Positions 25,585 through 39,411 of a DNA stretch of 64,000 nucleotides are shown in pieces. The position numbers and the translations under genes were made by a program. Under the pieces are notes generated by a model that was not told the origin of the DNA, did not search any database, and saw only the letters and a program-made list of their open reading frames with translations. Origin of the DNA: Rhodospirillaceae bacterium (GTDB lineage: Bacteria > Pseudomonadota > Alphaproteobacteria > Rhodospirillales > Rhodospirillaceae); the NCBI GenBank assembly GCA_965229355.1, contig OZ245869.1:2078318-2142317 (forward strand), given 5' to 3'. The first letter of the stretch is position 1, and each line of letters begins with the position of its first letter.

Positions 25585-25938
25585 ATGAAACGCTTTTTCG
25601 CCATCATTGCGATTTTGCTTGCCGTTGGGTTCCTCAACGGCGGCAATGCTGTTTCTGCTCATCAAATGAATAGTGTTGTCGTTGAAATCGAAGCGACGAA
25701 CGATCAATTTTTCGTCGCAGCTGACAGCGAATCGCATCACGAAGATGAGAAAGGTTGCTGCTGGGATAGTTTGTGCTTCAGCGCAAATCATTGCCATCAT
25801 GCTGGTGGCTCAGGCGCCTTTCTGAGCTTTGCCGACACCGTGACGGGACCGGTCACTTCAAGTGCGTTTGAAGCAACATCGGACAGCGTCCGCGCGCTCG
25901 CACTTACTTATCTCCTTATAGATCCTCCTAGAGCCTAA
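25585..25938 (+). CDS. small secreted His/Cys-rich protein (CzcI-like position)
   Basis: Signal peptide MKRFFAIIAILLAVGFLNGGNAVSA, then SESHHEDEKGCCWDSLCFSANHCHH. It lies immediately upstream of czcC-like. Confidence 0.6.
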   Translation: MKRFFAIIAILLAVGFLNGGNAVSAHQMNSVVVEIEATNDQFFVAADSESHHEDEKGCCWDSLCFSANHCHHAGGSGAFLSFADTVTGPVTSSAFEATSDSVRALALTYLLIDPPRA

Positions 25939-26020
25939 TCGCATCTCTGCGCCGCAATAGCGGCGCGAACTCCGATGGTGCGACTTGTTGCACCGAGTTT
26001 AATGCGACGAAAGGCTACCT

Positions 26021-27325
26021 ATGTTTACGCGATTATTTTTTGGCGCGCTGCTGAGCGCGACAGCATGCACGGCTGTACTGCCGGCTTTTGCTCAAGTTCA
26101 AGGTCAATCCCAATCTGAGTTGGGTCTGTTACAGCCCGGCGCCCCTGTCACGCTGCGCGATGCGATCAATCGCGTATTAGAAGTGAACCCGAAATTAGCG
26201 GGCCAGAAATTCGCTTTAGCCGCCGCCGACGCACGCCGAAATCAGGCGGCACTGCGTCCCGCTTATGAAGTGGGTGTCGAGATCGAAGATATCTTCGGCA
26301 CAGACAAACTCTCAACGTTCAACGATTCCCAGATAACGCTTCAGCTCAGCACGGTCATTGAGATGGGTGGCAAGCGTGGCAACCGTATTGGTGCGGCAGA
26401 CCGCGAGCGAGACCTGCTCCTCACCGAACAAGATGCTGAGAAACTCGATACCATTGCCGAAGTAACGCGCCGCTATATCCGTCTGGTCGCCGCACAGCGT
26501 GAGGTCACGCTTGCTGCCCGATCCTACGAGCTTGCGTCAAATACACGAAAAGTCGTGGGCCAGCGGGTTTCAGCCGGCCGCGCCGCTGCCGCTGAAGATC
26601 GCAATGCTGACATCGCGCTCGCACGTGCACAAATTCAACGCGCCCGTGCAGATAGTGCCGTCACTCAAGCATCGCAAAGCCTTGCTGCGATGTGGGGCGG
26701 CGATAGCGTGGGTAAAATAGAGACATCTGCGGAACTGTTTACGCTGCCAGTGCTCGTCGCAGAACCTGCTCTCGGAACGCTGCTCGAGCAGAACCCAAAT
26801 CTTGTGCGGTTTGCTTCGGAACGTCGCGTCCAAGAAGCGAAAATTCGATTAGCCGAAAGCCAAGCGGCGCCTGACTTAACGGTCGGTGCCGGTGTGCGTC
26901 GCGTTCAAAGCAATCGGAGCAACGCTTTCGTCATGTCGGTCTCCGTGCCACTCGGCACCGGCAATCGTGCGGCCCCGTACGCTGCCGAAGCGCGCAGTAA
27001 CCTTCAAGTCGTTGACTTCAAGGAAAAGGCCGCGCGGGCGGAGCTGTCCGCAACCCTGTCAGCTTTCTACCAAGAAGCTCAGCAGCGTCAGGCGGAGGTG
27101 GAGATCCTGCGCCAGAGCGCAGTGCCACAGGCGGAAAGTGCCGCTGACCTTACGCGCAATGGGTTCGGCCAAGGGCGGTTCTCATTCCTCGAGCTTCTAA
27201 ACTCGCAGCAGCAACTCGTCGATGTGCAGCGCGCAGCCATCGATGCGGCCGTCGCGTACCACAACGCTGTCATTGAAATCGAACGTTTGACCGCGCGCGC
27301 TGTCTCCCAAGCCGGCGCTCAGTAG
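26021..27325 (+). CDS. czcC: outer-membrane efflux protein (CzcC/TolC family)
   Basis: 434 aa with a signal peptide and a two-repeat OEP-like sequence. It is the first gene of the C-B-A order. Confidence 0.8.
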   Translation: MFTRLFFGALLSATACTAVLPAFAQVQGQSQSELGLLQPGAPVTLRDAINRVLEVNPKLAGQKFALAAADARRNQAALRPAYEVGVEIEDIFGTDKLSTFNDSQITLQLSTVIEMGGKRGNRIGAADRERDLLLTEQDAEKLDTIAEVTRRYIRLVAAQREVTLAARSYELASNTRKVVGQRVSAGRAAAAEDRNADIALARAQIQRARADSAVTQASQSLAAMWGGDSVGKIETSAELFTLPVLVAEPALGTLLEQNPNLVRFASERRVQEAKIRLAESQAAPDLTVGAGVRRVQSNRSNAFVMSVSVPLGTGNRAAPYAAEARSNLQVVDFKEKAARAELSATLSAFYQEAQQRQAEVEILRQSAVPQAESAADLTRNGFGQGRFSFLELLNSQQQLVDVQRAAIDAAVAYHNAVIEIERLTARAVSQAGAQ

Positions 27326-27334
27326 GAAACAAAA

Positions 27335-31533
<4,199 letters not shown>

Positions 31534-31551
31534 GATCGGAAAGGAAAACCA

Positions 31552-31983
31552 ATGATTAAAACCAAAGTGATCCTGCTCTCAACGATGTTGGCTTTTGCAA
31601 TGGGTGCTGCCCCAGCAATCGCAAGTGAACAACATAATCATGGGGCTGGCGGTGCGATGACGTTTCCGTCGGCATCAGCAGGTTTGAAAACGATCGACGA
31701 ACTTATCGCTGAAGCTAAGGCAAAGATCGCCAAAGGCGATTTCGAGGGTCTGCATGAATCCTCTGAAGAATTCCAATCGGCCTCGAAGGGCTTGAATAGT
31801 CGCCTCTCCGACATTCCGCAGGCGAACGCAGAACGCTTCAAGTTCAATGTCGAGCAAATCCGCTCACTCGGCGCGCAACTTGAAGAGGCTCATGAGAGCA
31901 AGAACAAGGCAGAGGCCGATACCGTAATCAAACGTCTGGAAGGTGTTCGCGATCGCCTGAAGTCGCTCACAGTTCCGAGTTAA
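31552..31983 (+). CDS. secreted helical protein of unknown function
   Basis: Signal peptide ...GAAPAIAS, then EQHNHG, and a predicted helical bundle. It starts 18 nt after czcA. Confidence 0.55.
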   Translation: MIKTKVILLSTMLAFAMGAAPAIASEQHNHGAGGAMTFPSASAGLKTIDELIAEAKAKIAKGDFEGLHESSEEFQSASKGLNSRLSDIPQANAERFKFNVEQIRSLGAQLEEAHESKNKAEADTVIKRLEGVRDRLKSLTVPS

Positions 31984-32007
31984 CTCACAAGCAGAACCGC
32001 TTGTGAG
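31984..32007 (+). terminator. stem-loop after the czc operon (weak terminator candidate)
   Basis: CTCACAAGC-agaacc-GCTTGTGAG. A second hairpin CCCCCAA...TTGGGGG follows. There is no clear U-tract. Confidence 0.3.
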
Positions 32008-32093
32008 TAGGGAAGTCTCCGGCACTCCCCAAAACCCCCAAAACCTAGTGTTGGGGGCTTCCCTGGCCCTATTTGCAAAAGGTGAGACATCTC

Positions 32094-32600
32094 ATGACCC
32101 GAAAGTCAGAACTGCTAAAAGCAATTGTCCTTGCAATCCCCTTCACTGGTATTTTGGCAGGGTGTGCAACTTCATCTGAGCCTTGCTCTAGCGCATCGCC
32201 AGCGTCTTCTGTTGTCGGAGGTATCGACGACACCAAACGTTTTCGTCGCGATTGGCGAGAATTACACGATCATCTAACCGCTCTAGAGGAGGCGGCAGAG
32301 CGCCGAGATGATCAGGCGTGGAAAGTTTCGGCGGCGTCTCTCGGTAAAGCAATGTGGGAGCTGACCCGCTACGCGCCTCGCTATGGCGGCCGATCCTGCG
32401 AGGCTGTCGGTGCATACGCCACAGAAGTTGTGACGATCGCTGCTAACTTGAAAGAAAATGATGCCGAATTCAGTTGGACTCGCGCATCCGACGTCACACA
32501 GCAGGTGCGACAGCTCTCTACCAGCCTGAGGGCCGCGCTGCCGGAATGGTGGTTTCTCAGCAATCATCGGCATGGGCGCAAAATGCACAGAGGCACGTAG
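32094..32600 (+). CDS. putative lipoprotein
   Basis: Lipobox FTGILAGC. ATG 32094 is preceded by AAAGGTGAG. Confidence 0.55.
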   Translation: MTRKSELLKAIVLAIPFTGILAGCATSSEPCSSASPASSVVGGIDDTKRFRRDWRELHDHLTALEEAAERRDDQAWKVSAASLGKAMWELTRYAPRYGGRSCEAVGAYATEVVTIAANLKENDAEFSWTRASDVTQQVRQLSTSLRAALPEWWFLSNHRHGRKMHRGT

Positions 32601-32603
32601 CGT

Positions 32604-33215
32604 ATGAAACGTGCGCTCGTCTCCATAATCGGTGTCGCCCTAATGTCGTTCATATCCGCCGCCCACGCGGAAAAGCCGGCATTTTGTGCGACACCGAACC
32701 AGGCACAACTGATTCAAGCAAAGTACAAAAGTCTCCCAGGTAGTCGGCCCTCCAATATCGGGGCAGCATTGAGCCTTCCGGAGGCAACGGTGTTGAGTGG
32801 GCTACCGGTAGATCAGTCAGTGGCTGTTCGCGCCAGTGAGTTAGCTCTCGTCTGGGCATCGCTGTCAAAATGGACCAATGCCCTTACTCTCGTCTCACGC
32901 GATGGACATGATTTCGAAATCAATGGTCCAGTGCATGCTGGTGAGATGGACGACAAAGGTAAGTTTCACTTGGCGACAATCGGCTGGGGTGCGGCGGGGC
33001 ATCTCAATGCAAATGAAATCGGAGGCATTTTTGCATTGTCATTGCCGACGCATACTAACCTACGCATTAACGGAGTGCTTTTCACAAATCGGGATGGCGC
33101 TTCAAGCTTCGCGATCATGGTTCCGACTGTGAATGGTCAGCCATCGAGAACTGTAACTTCTGATTACTACGAAACAGCCGCTTTGATGCGGACTCTCCCA
33201 AAGCTGTGTTCTTAG
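32604..33215 (+). CDS. secreted ChuX/HutX-like protein (paralog 1)
   Basis: It has a signal peptide. LPEATVLSGLP...WASLSKW...FEINGP...GHLNANEIGGIFAL...GASSFAIMV matches the HutX/ChuX haem-carrier pattern. Confidence 0.6.
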   Translation: MKRALVSIIGVALMSFISAAHAEKPAFCATPNQAQLIQAKYKSLPGSRPSNIGAALSLPEATVLSGLPVDQSVAVRASELALVWASLSKWTNALTLVSRDGHDFEINGPVHAGEMDDKGKFHLATIGWGAAGHLNANEIGGIFALSLPTHTNLRINGVLFTNRDGASSFAIMVPTVNGQPSRTVTSDYYETAALMRTLPKLCS

Positions 33216-33283
33216 GTGCGCTCGTAAGGTGGATCGGCCAGTAGGCTGCTAACTCATTAGGCTTAACGTTTCGGTATTTTGAT

Positions 33284-35287
33284 ATGAATGATCATTCAGG
33301 CCACGACCATGATAGTTCAGCGGATCATACAGGCCACGATCACGCCCATGGGGCGATCTTCGGCGAACACACTGAACTGCTTTTTGCCATTGGTTGTGGC
33401 GTTGCGCTTGGCGCGGGCTACTTCATTGAACGCTCCACAGGCGCGGATGGTGGCCTCTCGTTCGCGCTCTATCTTCTCGCCTACTTCCTGGGCGGCTTTT
33501 ACACAGTTAAGGAAGCCATCGACAACTTAAGACTGAAGCGTCTGGAGATTGACTCGTTGATGCTGCTGGCTGCCATTGGCGCCGCTGCGCTGGGGGAGTG
33601 GGCTGAAGGCGCACTTCTTCTGTTTCTCTTCAGCATCGGTCATGCTCTCGAGCACTACGCTATGGGGCGCGCGCGCAAAGCCATCGAAGCCTTGGCCAAG
33701 CTTGCTCCAAAGATGGCTGAGGTCCGAAGAAACGGCGCGGTAACTGAGGTGTTTGTCGAAGAGCTGGTGGTGGGAGACATCGTCCTCGCGCGGCCTAATA
33801 GTCGCATTCCAGCTGATGGCTTCGTCATCCTTGGAGTGAGCAGCGTCAATCAGGCCCCGGTTACTGGTGAGAGCATGCCTGTTGATAAGGAGCCGGTGCC
33901 GGATCATGGCCGCGCGTCCTCTAAGCCCGAGGCCGTGTCGTCAAAGCACCGCGTATTTGCGGGGACCATCAACGGTGCTGGAGCGCTCGAGATTTTCGTC
34001 ACGCGCTTATCGGCCGACAATACGCTTGCCCGAGTGGTCAAAATGGTCAGCGAGGCGGAAGCACAAAAATCGCCGACACAACGATTGACTGACAAGTTCG
34101 AGCGCATCTTTGTGCCAGTGGTTCTTTCATTCGTGGTGTTGTTGCTGTTTGCTGGTTTTGTGATTGATGAGGCATTCCGCGACACATTTTACCGCGCCAT
34201 GGCTGTACTGGTTGCGGCGAGCCCCTGTGCATTAGCCATAGCGACCCCAAGCGCCGTGTTATCGGGCGTGGCGCGCGCGGCGCGCGGCGGAGTGCTCATC
34301 AAGGGCGGGGGCCCACTGGAGATGTTGGGAACATTGCGCGCTATAGCATTTGATAAAACCGGCACTCTCACTGAAGGACAGCCTAAAGTGATCGACGTCG
34401 CGCGCGCGGAGGGATCGGAGGAGTCCGAATTCGTGCGTGTTGCGATCGCTGTCGAGCGTCAAAGCGACCACCCGCTTGCGGCGGCGGTCGTCCGCGATCT
34501 CGAGAAACGGCTTATCGAGAATACCGACATTCCAACCGCCACCGACGTTAACGCCATTACGGGCCGAGGTCTGTCGGCGACGGTGGGCGGCGACGTCGTT
34601 CACATTGGTAAGATCGAGTTATTCACAGAAGTTCCTGGCGCTCCCGTGCCTGCTGATGTGAAGGCAACAGTAGATAGGTTGGCGGCGGCTGGACGCACGA
34701 CAATGATCGTCCGGAAAGGTGGCAAGTACCTAGGTGTTTTGGGACTGATGGACACGCCACGTCCCGCCGCCAGGGCGGTGATTGAGAAGCTACGCGCGCT
34801 CGGTATCGATCGCATGATCATGCTCTCGGGTGACAACTCTGTGGTTGCTAAGAACGTGGCGCAGGAAGTGGGTCTCGATGAAAGCCGCGGCGACCTTATG
34901 CCCGACGACAAGGTGAATACTATCAAGGCGCTGCGCGCGGAACAGAAGGTCGCAATGGTAGGCGACGGCGTAAACGACGCACCGGCCATGGCCAACGCCG
35001 ATGTAGGCATCGTGATGGGTGCCGCGGGTTCGGACGTGGCGCTAGAGACGGCCGACGTGGCGTTGATGGCAGATGACTTAAATCATTTACCATTTGCAGT
35101 CGGACTGAGCCGGCAGGCGAGTGGCGTCATCCGCCAGAACTTATGGATGAGCTTAGGGATGGTCGCATTCTTAATTCCTGCGACGCTATTCGGGCTCCAA
35201 ATCGGGTTTGCTGTTCTTCTTCATGAAGGATCTACCCTTGTGGTCGTCATCAACGCACTGCGCCTGTTGGCGTACCGCAAGGAATAA
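33284..35287 (+). CDS. P1B-4-type heavy-metal ATPase (CzcP/CoaT-like)
   Basis: SPC motif (VAASPCAL), DKTGTLT, GDGVNDAP and HEGST in the last TM helix. The N-terminus is His-rich (HSGHDHDSSADHTGHDHAHG). At 667 aa it has no ferredoxin-like metal-binding domain. Confidence 0.9.
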   Translation: MNDHSGHDHDSSADHTGHDHAHGAIFGEHTELLFAIGCGVALGAGYFIERSTGADGGLSFALYLLAYFLGGFYTVKEAIDNLRLKRLEIDSLMLLAAIGAAALGEWAEGALLLFLFSIGHALEHYAMGRARKAIEALAKLAPKMAEVRRNGAVTEVFVEELVVGDIVLARPNSRIPADGFVILGVSSVNQAPVTGESMPVDKEPVPDHGRASSKPEAVSSKHRVFAGTINGAGALEIFVTRLSADNTLARVVKMVSEAEAQKSPTQRLTDKFERIFVPVVLSFVVLLLFAGFVIDEAFRDTFYRAMAVLVAASPCALAIATPSAVLSGVARAARGGVLIKGGGPLEMLGTLRAIAFDKTGTLTEGQPKVIDVARAEGSEESEFVRVAIAVERQSDHPLAAAVVRDLEKRLIENTDIPTATDVNAITGRGLSATVGGDVVHIGKIELFTEVPGAPVPADVKATVDRLAAAGRTTMIVRKGGKYLGVLGLMDTPRPAARAVIEKLRALGIDRMIMLSGDNSVVAKNVAQEVGLDESRGDLMPDDKVNTIKALRAEQKVAMVGDGVNDAPAMANADVGIVMGAAGSDVALETADVALMADDLNHLPFAVGLSRQASGVIRQNLWMSLGMVAFLIPATLFGLQIGFAVLLHEGSTLVVVINALRLLAYRKE

Positions 35288-35382
35288 GAGGTGATGATGA
35301 TCATCATCACCACCATCACCACCGGCGGCGGTGACGCCGCCGTCATCATGTTCCGTGAATAAATTCAACAGGGGGATTAACG

Positions 35383-36015
35383 ATGAACTTTACAAAACTG
35401 AAAACCGTAACTTGGATTAGTGCCGCAACGGTTCTTGCTGCCATTAATGTGGCATCGGCCGCCGACAGTCCTTTATGTGCCTCGCCAGAACAAGCGGCCA
35501 AAGTCTCGGAGGCCTATAAGGCGTCGCCGGGTGGGCTACCTTTTATGGTGAATAAGCAACTTGGGTTGACGGAATCTCAAGTGGTAAGTGCGCTGCCACA
35601 AGGCCAGGCAATTGGCGTCGCAACGAGTGAGTTCGCCAAGGTTTGGGATACTCTAACCAAGTGGGAACATGGCGTCGTGCTGGTGGTCACCGGCGGCCAG
35701 GTTCTTGAAATCCACGGGCCGATTAAAAGTGGCGCGCCTTCCACACGGAGCAAGAACTTCAACCTTTCCACAGATGGCGATGGAATGTCCGGGCATTTAC
35801 GTCCTGATCTGCTGTCAGCGATCTATGCAATTTCTCTCCCTGGCAAAGACGATAACAAAACGCGTGGCGTAATGTTCATGGACGCTGAAGGAAAATCTGC
35901 GTTCGGCGTCTTCATGCCGACCGAGGCCAAACCGCTGACGCAAGCGCAGATCGCACAGTTCGATGCGACCTGGGATGCGATGAAGGGTATGCCGTCGGCC
36001 TGCGCCAAGAACTAA
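35383..36015 (+). CDS. secreted ChuX/HutX-like protein (paralog 2)
   Basis: It has a signal peptide and the same motif order as 32604..33215 (CASPEQAAKV, LTKW, LEIHGP, GHLRPDLLSAIYAI, GKSAFGVFMP). Confidence 0.6.
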   Translation: MNFTKLKTVTWISAATVLAAINVASAADSPLCASPEQAAKVSEAYKASPGGLPFMVNKQLGLTESQVVSALPQGQAIGVATSEFAKVWDTLTKWEHGVVLVVTGGQVLEIHGPIKSGAPSTRSKNFNLSTDGDGMSGHLRPDLLSAIYAISLPGKDDNKTRGVMFMDAEGKSAFGVFMPTEAKPLTQAQIAQFDATWDAMKGMPSACAKN

Positions 36016-36041
36016 TACGAATGAACTAGGAATTACGCACA

Positions 36042-37100
36042 ATGTCTTCAGCGCAGAACAGCACACCCCACGTTCTTTCCGGTGAGAGAGAGCCGTTCTG
36101 GTCAAGCGTTCCTGCGAGCAAAGGTTTGCTGTGGGGCGTGGTGTTCTGCGTCGGATATGTCGCGCTGATTAAAGGGTTGGCTCCTTATCTTCCACCAATC
36201 GACTTCGCACCCGACACCGGATTTGCGCACTATTATTGGAAATTACCCAATCCAACCTTCCTGAGTCATTTCACGGCCTGGAGCGGTTACATACTGCATC
36301 AACTGGTGTCTTGGGGCTTAATGTATTGGGCCCAGGAAAAGGGGCTCAAATACTCGGACAAACTTCAACCGGTTAACCTTATTGCTCTTGGAGCTAACGC
36401 AGCCTTCGTGCTGCTGCATTTGCTTCAGACGCACTACTTCTATGATGGGCTGGCTCAAGACACTCACATCTTCGCATCTCAAGCGTCGGTCATGCTTTTG
36501 CTTGGCATGGTGCTTGTCATGGAAAATCAAAGGCGCGGTTTAGCGCTGGGTGCCAAAGCGCCGTTTATGCAAGAAGCCGGTCGCGTACTACGAAAGTACC
36601 ACGGCTACATCTTCTCCTGGGCTATCGTCTTCACGTTTTGGTACCACCCCATGGAGTCCAGTTATGGGCATCTCTTGGGAACGTTCTACACGACACTCAT
36701 CATGGTTCAGGGCAGCCTATTCTTCACGCGCATGCACACCAACAAATGGTGGACGCTCGTCATGGAGGTTACCGTTCTCATACATGGAACGTTAGTGGCT
36801 GTGATGATGGCGAACGGGCAGTGGGCGCAATTCTTATTCGGGTTCTTAGGCATGTTTGTCATCACCCAAATGTACGGATTGCGGCTTCCGCAGTGGCTGC
36901 GTTGGGCTTTCTGGTTGGCCTATATCGGCGGCATCGCCGCCGTCTATCAATTCGTCCGTGGATGGGGAGCGGTGAGCGAAGTGTTCAACGTGCCGGCAGT
37001 GTTGTACGCGCTGTCGTTCGGGATCGCATTCATCACTTGGGGTATTCTCGTTCTCGCGCGCGCGTGGATCACGCGCAAATTGCCCGCAAAGGAAGCGTAG
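36042..37100 (+). CDS. polytopic membrane protein of unknown function
   Basis: 352 aa with about 8 hydrophobic segments and several conserved-looking His/Trp residues. It is the last + strand gene of the metal block. Confidence 0.55.
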   Translation: MSSAQNSTPHVLSGEREPFWSSVPASKGLLWGVVFCVGYVALIKGLAPYLPPIDFAPDTGFAHYYWKLPNPTFLSHFTAWSGYILHQLVSWGLMYWAQEKGLKYSDKLQPVNLIALGANAAFVLLHLLQTHYFYDGLAQDTHIFASQASVMLLLGMVLVMENQRRGLALGAKAPFMQEAGRVLRKYHGYIFSWAIVFTFWYHPMESSYGHLLGTFYTTLIMVQGSLFFTRMHTNKWWTLVMEVTVLIHGTLVAVMMANGQWAQFLFGFLGMFVITQMYGLRLPQWLRWAFWLAYIGGIAAVYQFVRGWGAVSEVFNVPAVLYALSFGIAFITWGILVLARAWITRKLPAKEA

Positions 37101-37101
37101 A

Positions 37102-37413
37102 TCAGTGCTCGAGCACGTACACGATCAACGGCGTCAGCACAAAGAATGCTTGTAAGCCTGTGCGGTGCTTAACGCCAAACCGTTGTCCACTCCAACGAGA
37201 ACCGAAGTAGACGCCAGCTATAACGATGACTGTAAGTGCAACTGCGATGATGCCGCGCTGTACGATCGCGTCAGTGACAGCATTCGATTGTACGGCAGGG
37301 ACGATGCGGTCGTAAGAATGGCGGATGATGTCGATGCATGCTCCCATAACAAATGCCGTTAGATAGGCGAGGCCCAATAACCATAGCGGCGCTGACGGTT
37401 GCACTTGTGTCAT
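37102..37413 (-). CDS. small membrane protein of unknown function
   Basis: 103 aa with three hydrophobic segments. Confidence 0.4.
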   Translation of the reverse strand: MTQVQPSAPLWLLGLAYLTAFVMGACIDIIRHSYDRIVPAVQSNAVTDAIVQRGIIAVALTVIVIAGVYFGSRWSGQRFGVKHRTGLQAFFVLTPLIVYVLEH

Positions 37414-37459
37414 TGTTTATCCCCGTTGGTGATGCGCGAGGGCGCATGTGGATGTGTGT

Positions 37460-38737
37460 TTAAAGCAGATCTTGAGCAGCGCGTGTTTCTGCATGTTCGA
37501 ATGCTTCTTTAAACGCCGATGCTTCCTCAGGTGTCATGCCTAAGCGGTACGCTTCGTCTTTCCATTGGCTCACGGCCGAGTAGAGTTCCCCAAGTATCTG
37601 AAGGGCCCTTGCCTCTTTAATTTTGAAGTAAGGCAGCACTGACATGAGGGCTGACATGGTGGCGTCAGGCCCGACTTCTTCCGATATCCATGTCTTGAGT
37701 TCGCGCACACGATCAGGGAATGGATTCACGTCAAAGGTTGGAGAGAGCGTCCACAGCCCATTTTCAACATGGATAAATCCATGATTGTGAAGGTGATCAT
37801 CCACATTAGTGATCAGAATTGAGAAGCCTATGCGACGCCACAGCTCCTCAATGTCTTCAGTGACGTGTCGACCATTTTGACGGATCACATCAACGATCTC
37901 GGTGTAGCTGCGGGGATCAGGATCTGCCGCGTCCACGCCGAGCATGGTGGCGGCTGACACATACATGTGGCGATCACCATTGGCCGTTCTGTCGAAACGG
38001 CGAATGAGGGCGACGGGCAGGCCGTCGCTGTCCACGATACGCGCGTCAGCAGTTCTAATGCCAGCCATCTTGGCCAAGTTCAATGCAAGGACTTCACCTT
38101 TGGTGACGGCCCTTTCATCTGAAACACTGGGGAATTTGCCGATCGCTAAATGCCCATCTGTATCAATGATCGTGCACTTGGGCCGCATTCCGCCGAGCGA
38201 TGTTCCGCGGCCGCGCAGGTAGGCCAGATCGGCTTCGGTGTCTTTGTTTAGCTCGACCGCTCTTGTGGCCGCTAAAAGATGCCGGAGTTCAATGAGCGGC
38301 GGTGTACCTCGCCCTTGCCCCTCAATGGTTCTTTGGTAGAGCCCATTTTCATCACGCATCCGTAATGCACCAATGCGGCTCATGTCATCGACGGCCAAAA
38401 GGTAGTCCATTTCGTTTAATGGACGATCATCGAATGGTGTTTTCGTTCGACGCGCCTGGTCCCGGCGCTTCACATGATCCCGGTTTATAACTCGACGTGC
38501 CCAGCCATCAGGTTCTGTATCGGAAATAGCGCCGTGGAAAATTGAGGCGTCCTTGCTCTTGGTGCGAAATTGCGGACCAGAGACCAATTGTAGCGTGGGA
38601 TCAATCGCGTATCTGTCAGCATTGGCCAACCAATCCGCTGAATACTCAAATGATGCGTTCTCGCGCGCGCCCTGTTGATTGTAGAAGAGTTTCCCAACCG
38701 GTGTTTCGTTGATATCGATTTGGATCTCGCGTTTCAT
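37460..38737 (-). CDS. hipA: HipA-family Ser/Thr kinase toxin
   Basis: LGGMRPKC, LIRRFDR and ITNVDDHLHNHGF motifs. It overlaps the upstream helix-turn-helix gene by 4 nt. Confidence 0.85.
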   Translation of the reverse strand: MKREIQIDINETPVGKLFYNQQGARENASFEYSADWLANADRYAIDPTLQLVSGPQFRTKSKDASIFHGAISDTEPDGWARRVINRDHVKRRDQARRTKTPFDDRPLNEMDYLLAVDDMSRIGALRMRDENGLYQRTIEGQGRGTPPLIELRHLLAATRAVELNKDTEADLAYLRGRGTSLGGMRPKCTIIDTDGHLAIGKFPSVSDERAVTKGEVLALNLAKMAGIRTADARIVDSDGLPVALIRRFDRTANGDRHMYVSAATMLGVDAADPDPRSYTEIVDVIRQNGRHVTEDIEELWRRIGFSILITNVDDHLHNHGFIHVENGLWTLSPTFDVNPFPDRVRELKTWISEEVGPDATMSALMSVLPYFKIKEARALQILGELYSAVSQWKDEAYRLGMTPEEASAFKEAFEHAETRAAQDLL

Positions 38738-39066
38738 GATGGGCCCCGCTGCCGTGCTGGGCGCACTTTACGCGGTAAGCGCTCTGCTTCGAGCAGCAGA
38801 CCTTGATCATCATTCTTCGCGTCCAGCACTTCGCCAAAGTTCACGCGCATACCCAGCACGAAAAGGATCATCGCGTAGACCCCAATCCCCACCGTGGGGT
38901 CACCAGTCTGGGCCCGTTGGTAAGTCGCCATCGATACCCCAACGCGCTCGCTCATCATGGCCATCGTGAGCCTGCGCTTTTTGCGCGCAATCTCGATGTC
39001 CTCTCCAAGCTTTTTGAGAGAACGCCTGACCGATGTCGGCAGTATATCGTGGACAGCTCCGCGCAT
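38734..39066 (-). CDS. hipB: HipB-like XRE-family antitoxin
   Basis: Helix-turn-helix region RRLTMAMMSERVGVSMATYQRAQTG. It is the first gene of the hipBA pair. Confidence 0.75.
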   Translation of the reverse strand: MRGAVHDILPTSVRRSLKKLGEDIEIARKKRRLTMAMMSERVGVSMATYQRAQTGDPTVGIGVYAMILFVLGMRVNFGEVLDAKNDDQGLLLEAERLPRKVRPARQRGPS

Positions 39067-39071
39067 GATTT

Positions 39072-39116
39072 ACTCATATATAAGTCAATATGGCTTATAT
39101 ATACTTATATATGAGT
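39072..39116. promoter_or_regulatory. hipBA operator-like perfect inverted repeat
   Basis: ACTCATATATAAGT-N17-ACTTATATATGAGT, starting 6 bp upstream of the hipB start codon. Confidence 0.55.
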
Positions 39117-39411
39117 ATTATACTTCCATCAATGCCTGACCAGAGTTGTCTGAAGCTCAGATAATATGTTCATGAGAAGGGGCGGTAAGAGGTAAAAAAT
39201 ACCCCTATAGACATCCCTACATTGTAAAAGATATTTAAAATCAATGTATTAGGAGAATTCGATCCCCAGCGCAAAATACCAGGATCGGGGTCTCATAGAG
39301 ATATAGAGTCTGGAATTTGCAGCCGCGCTTTATAGCTTCAAAATCAGAGGGTCGCGTTGCTCATCCGATGGGAGTTAACGCCATAAAATCCTTTATTTAT
39401 CAATAACTTAA

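Noticed and set aside
35293-35334. A His7 tract (GAT GAT GAT CAT CAT CAC CAC CAT CAC CAC) as a coding metal-binding tail.
   Set aside because: That frame has no start codon and is not the ATPase frame. I kept it only as a possible relic under the palindrome finding.
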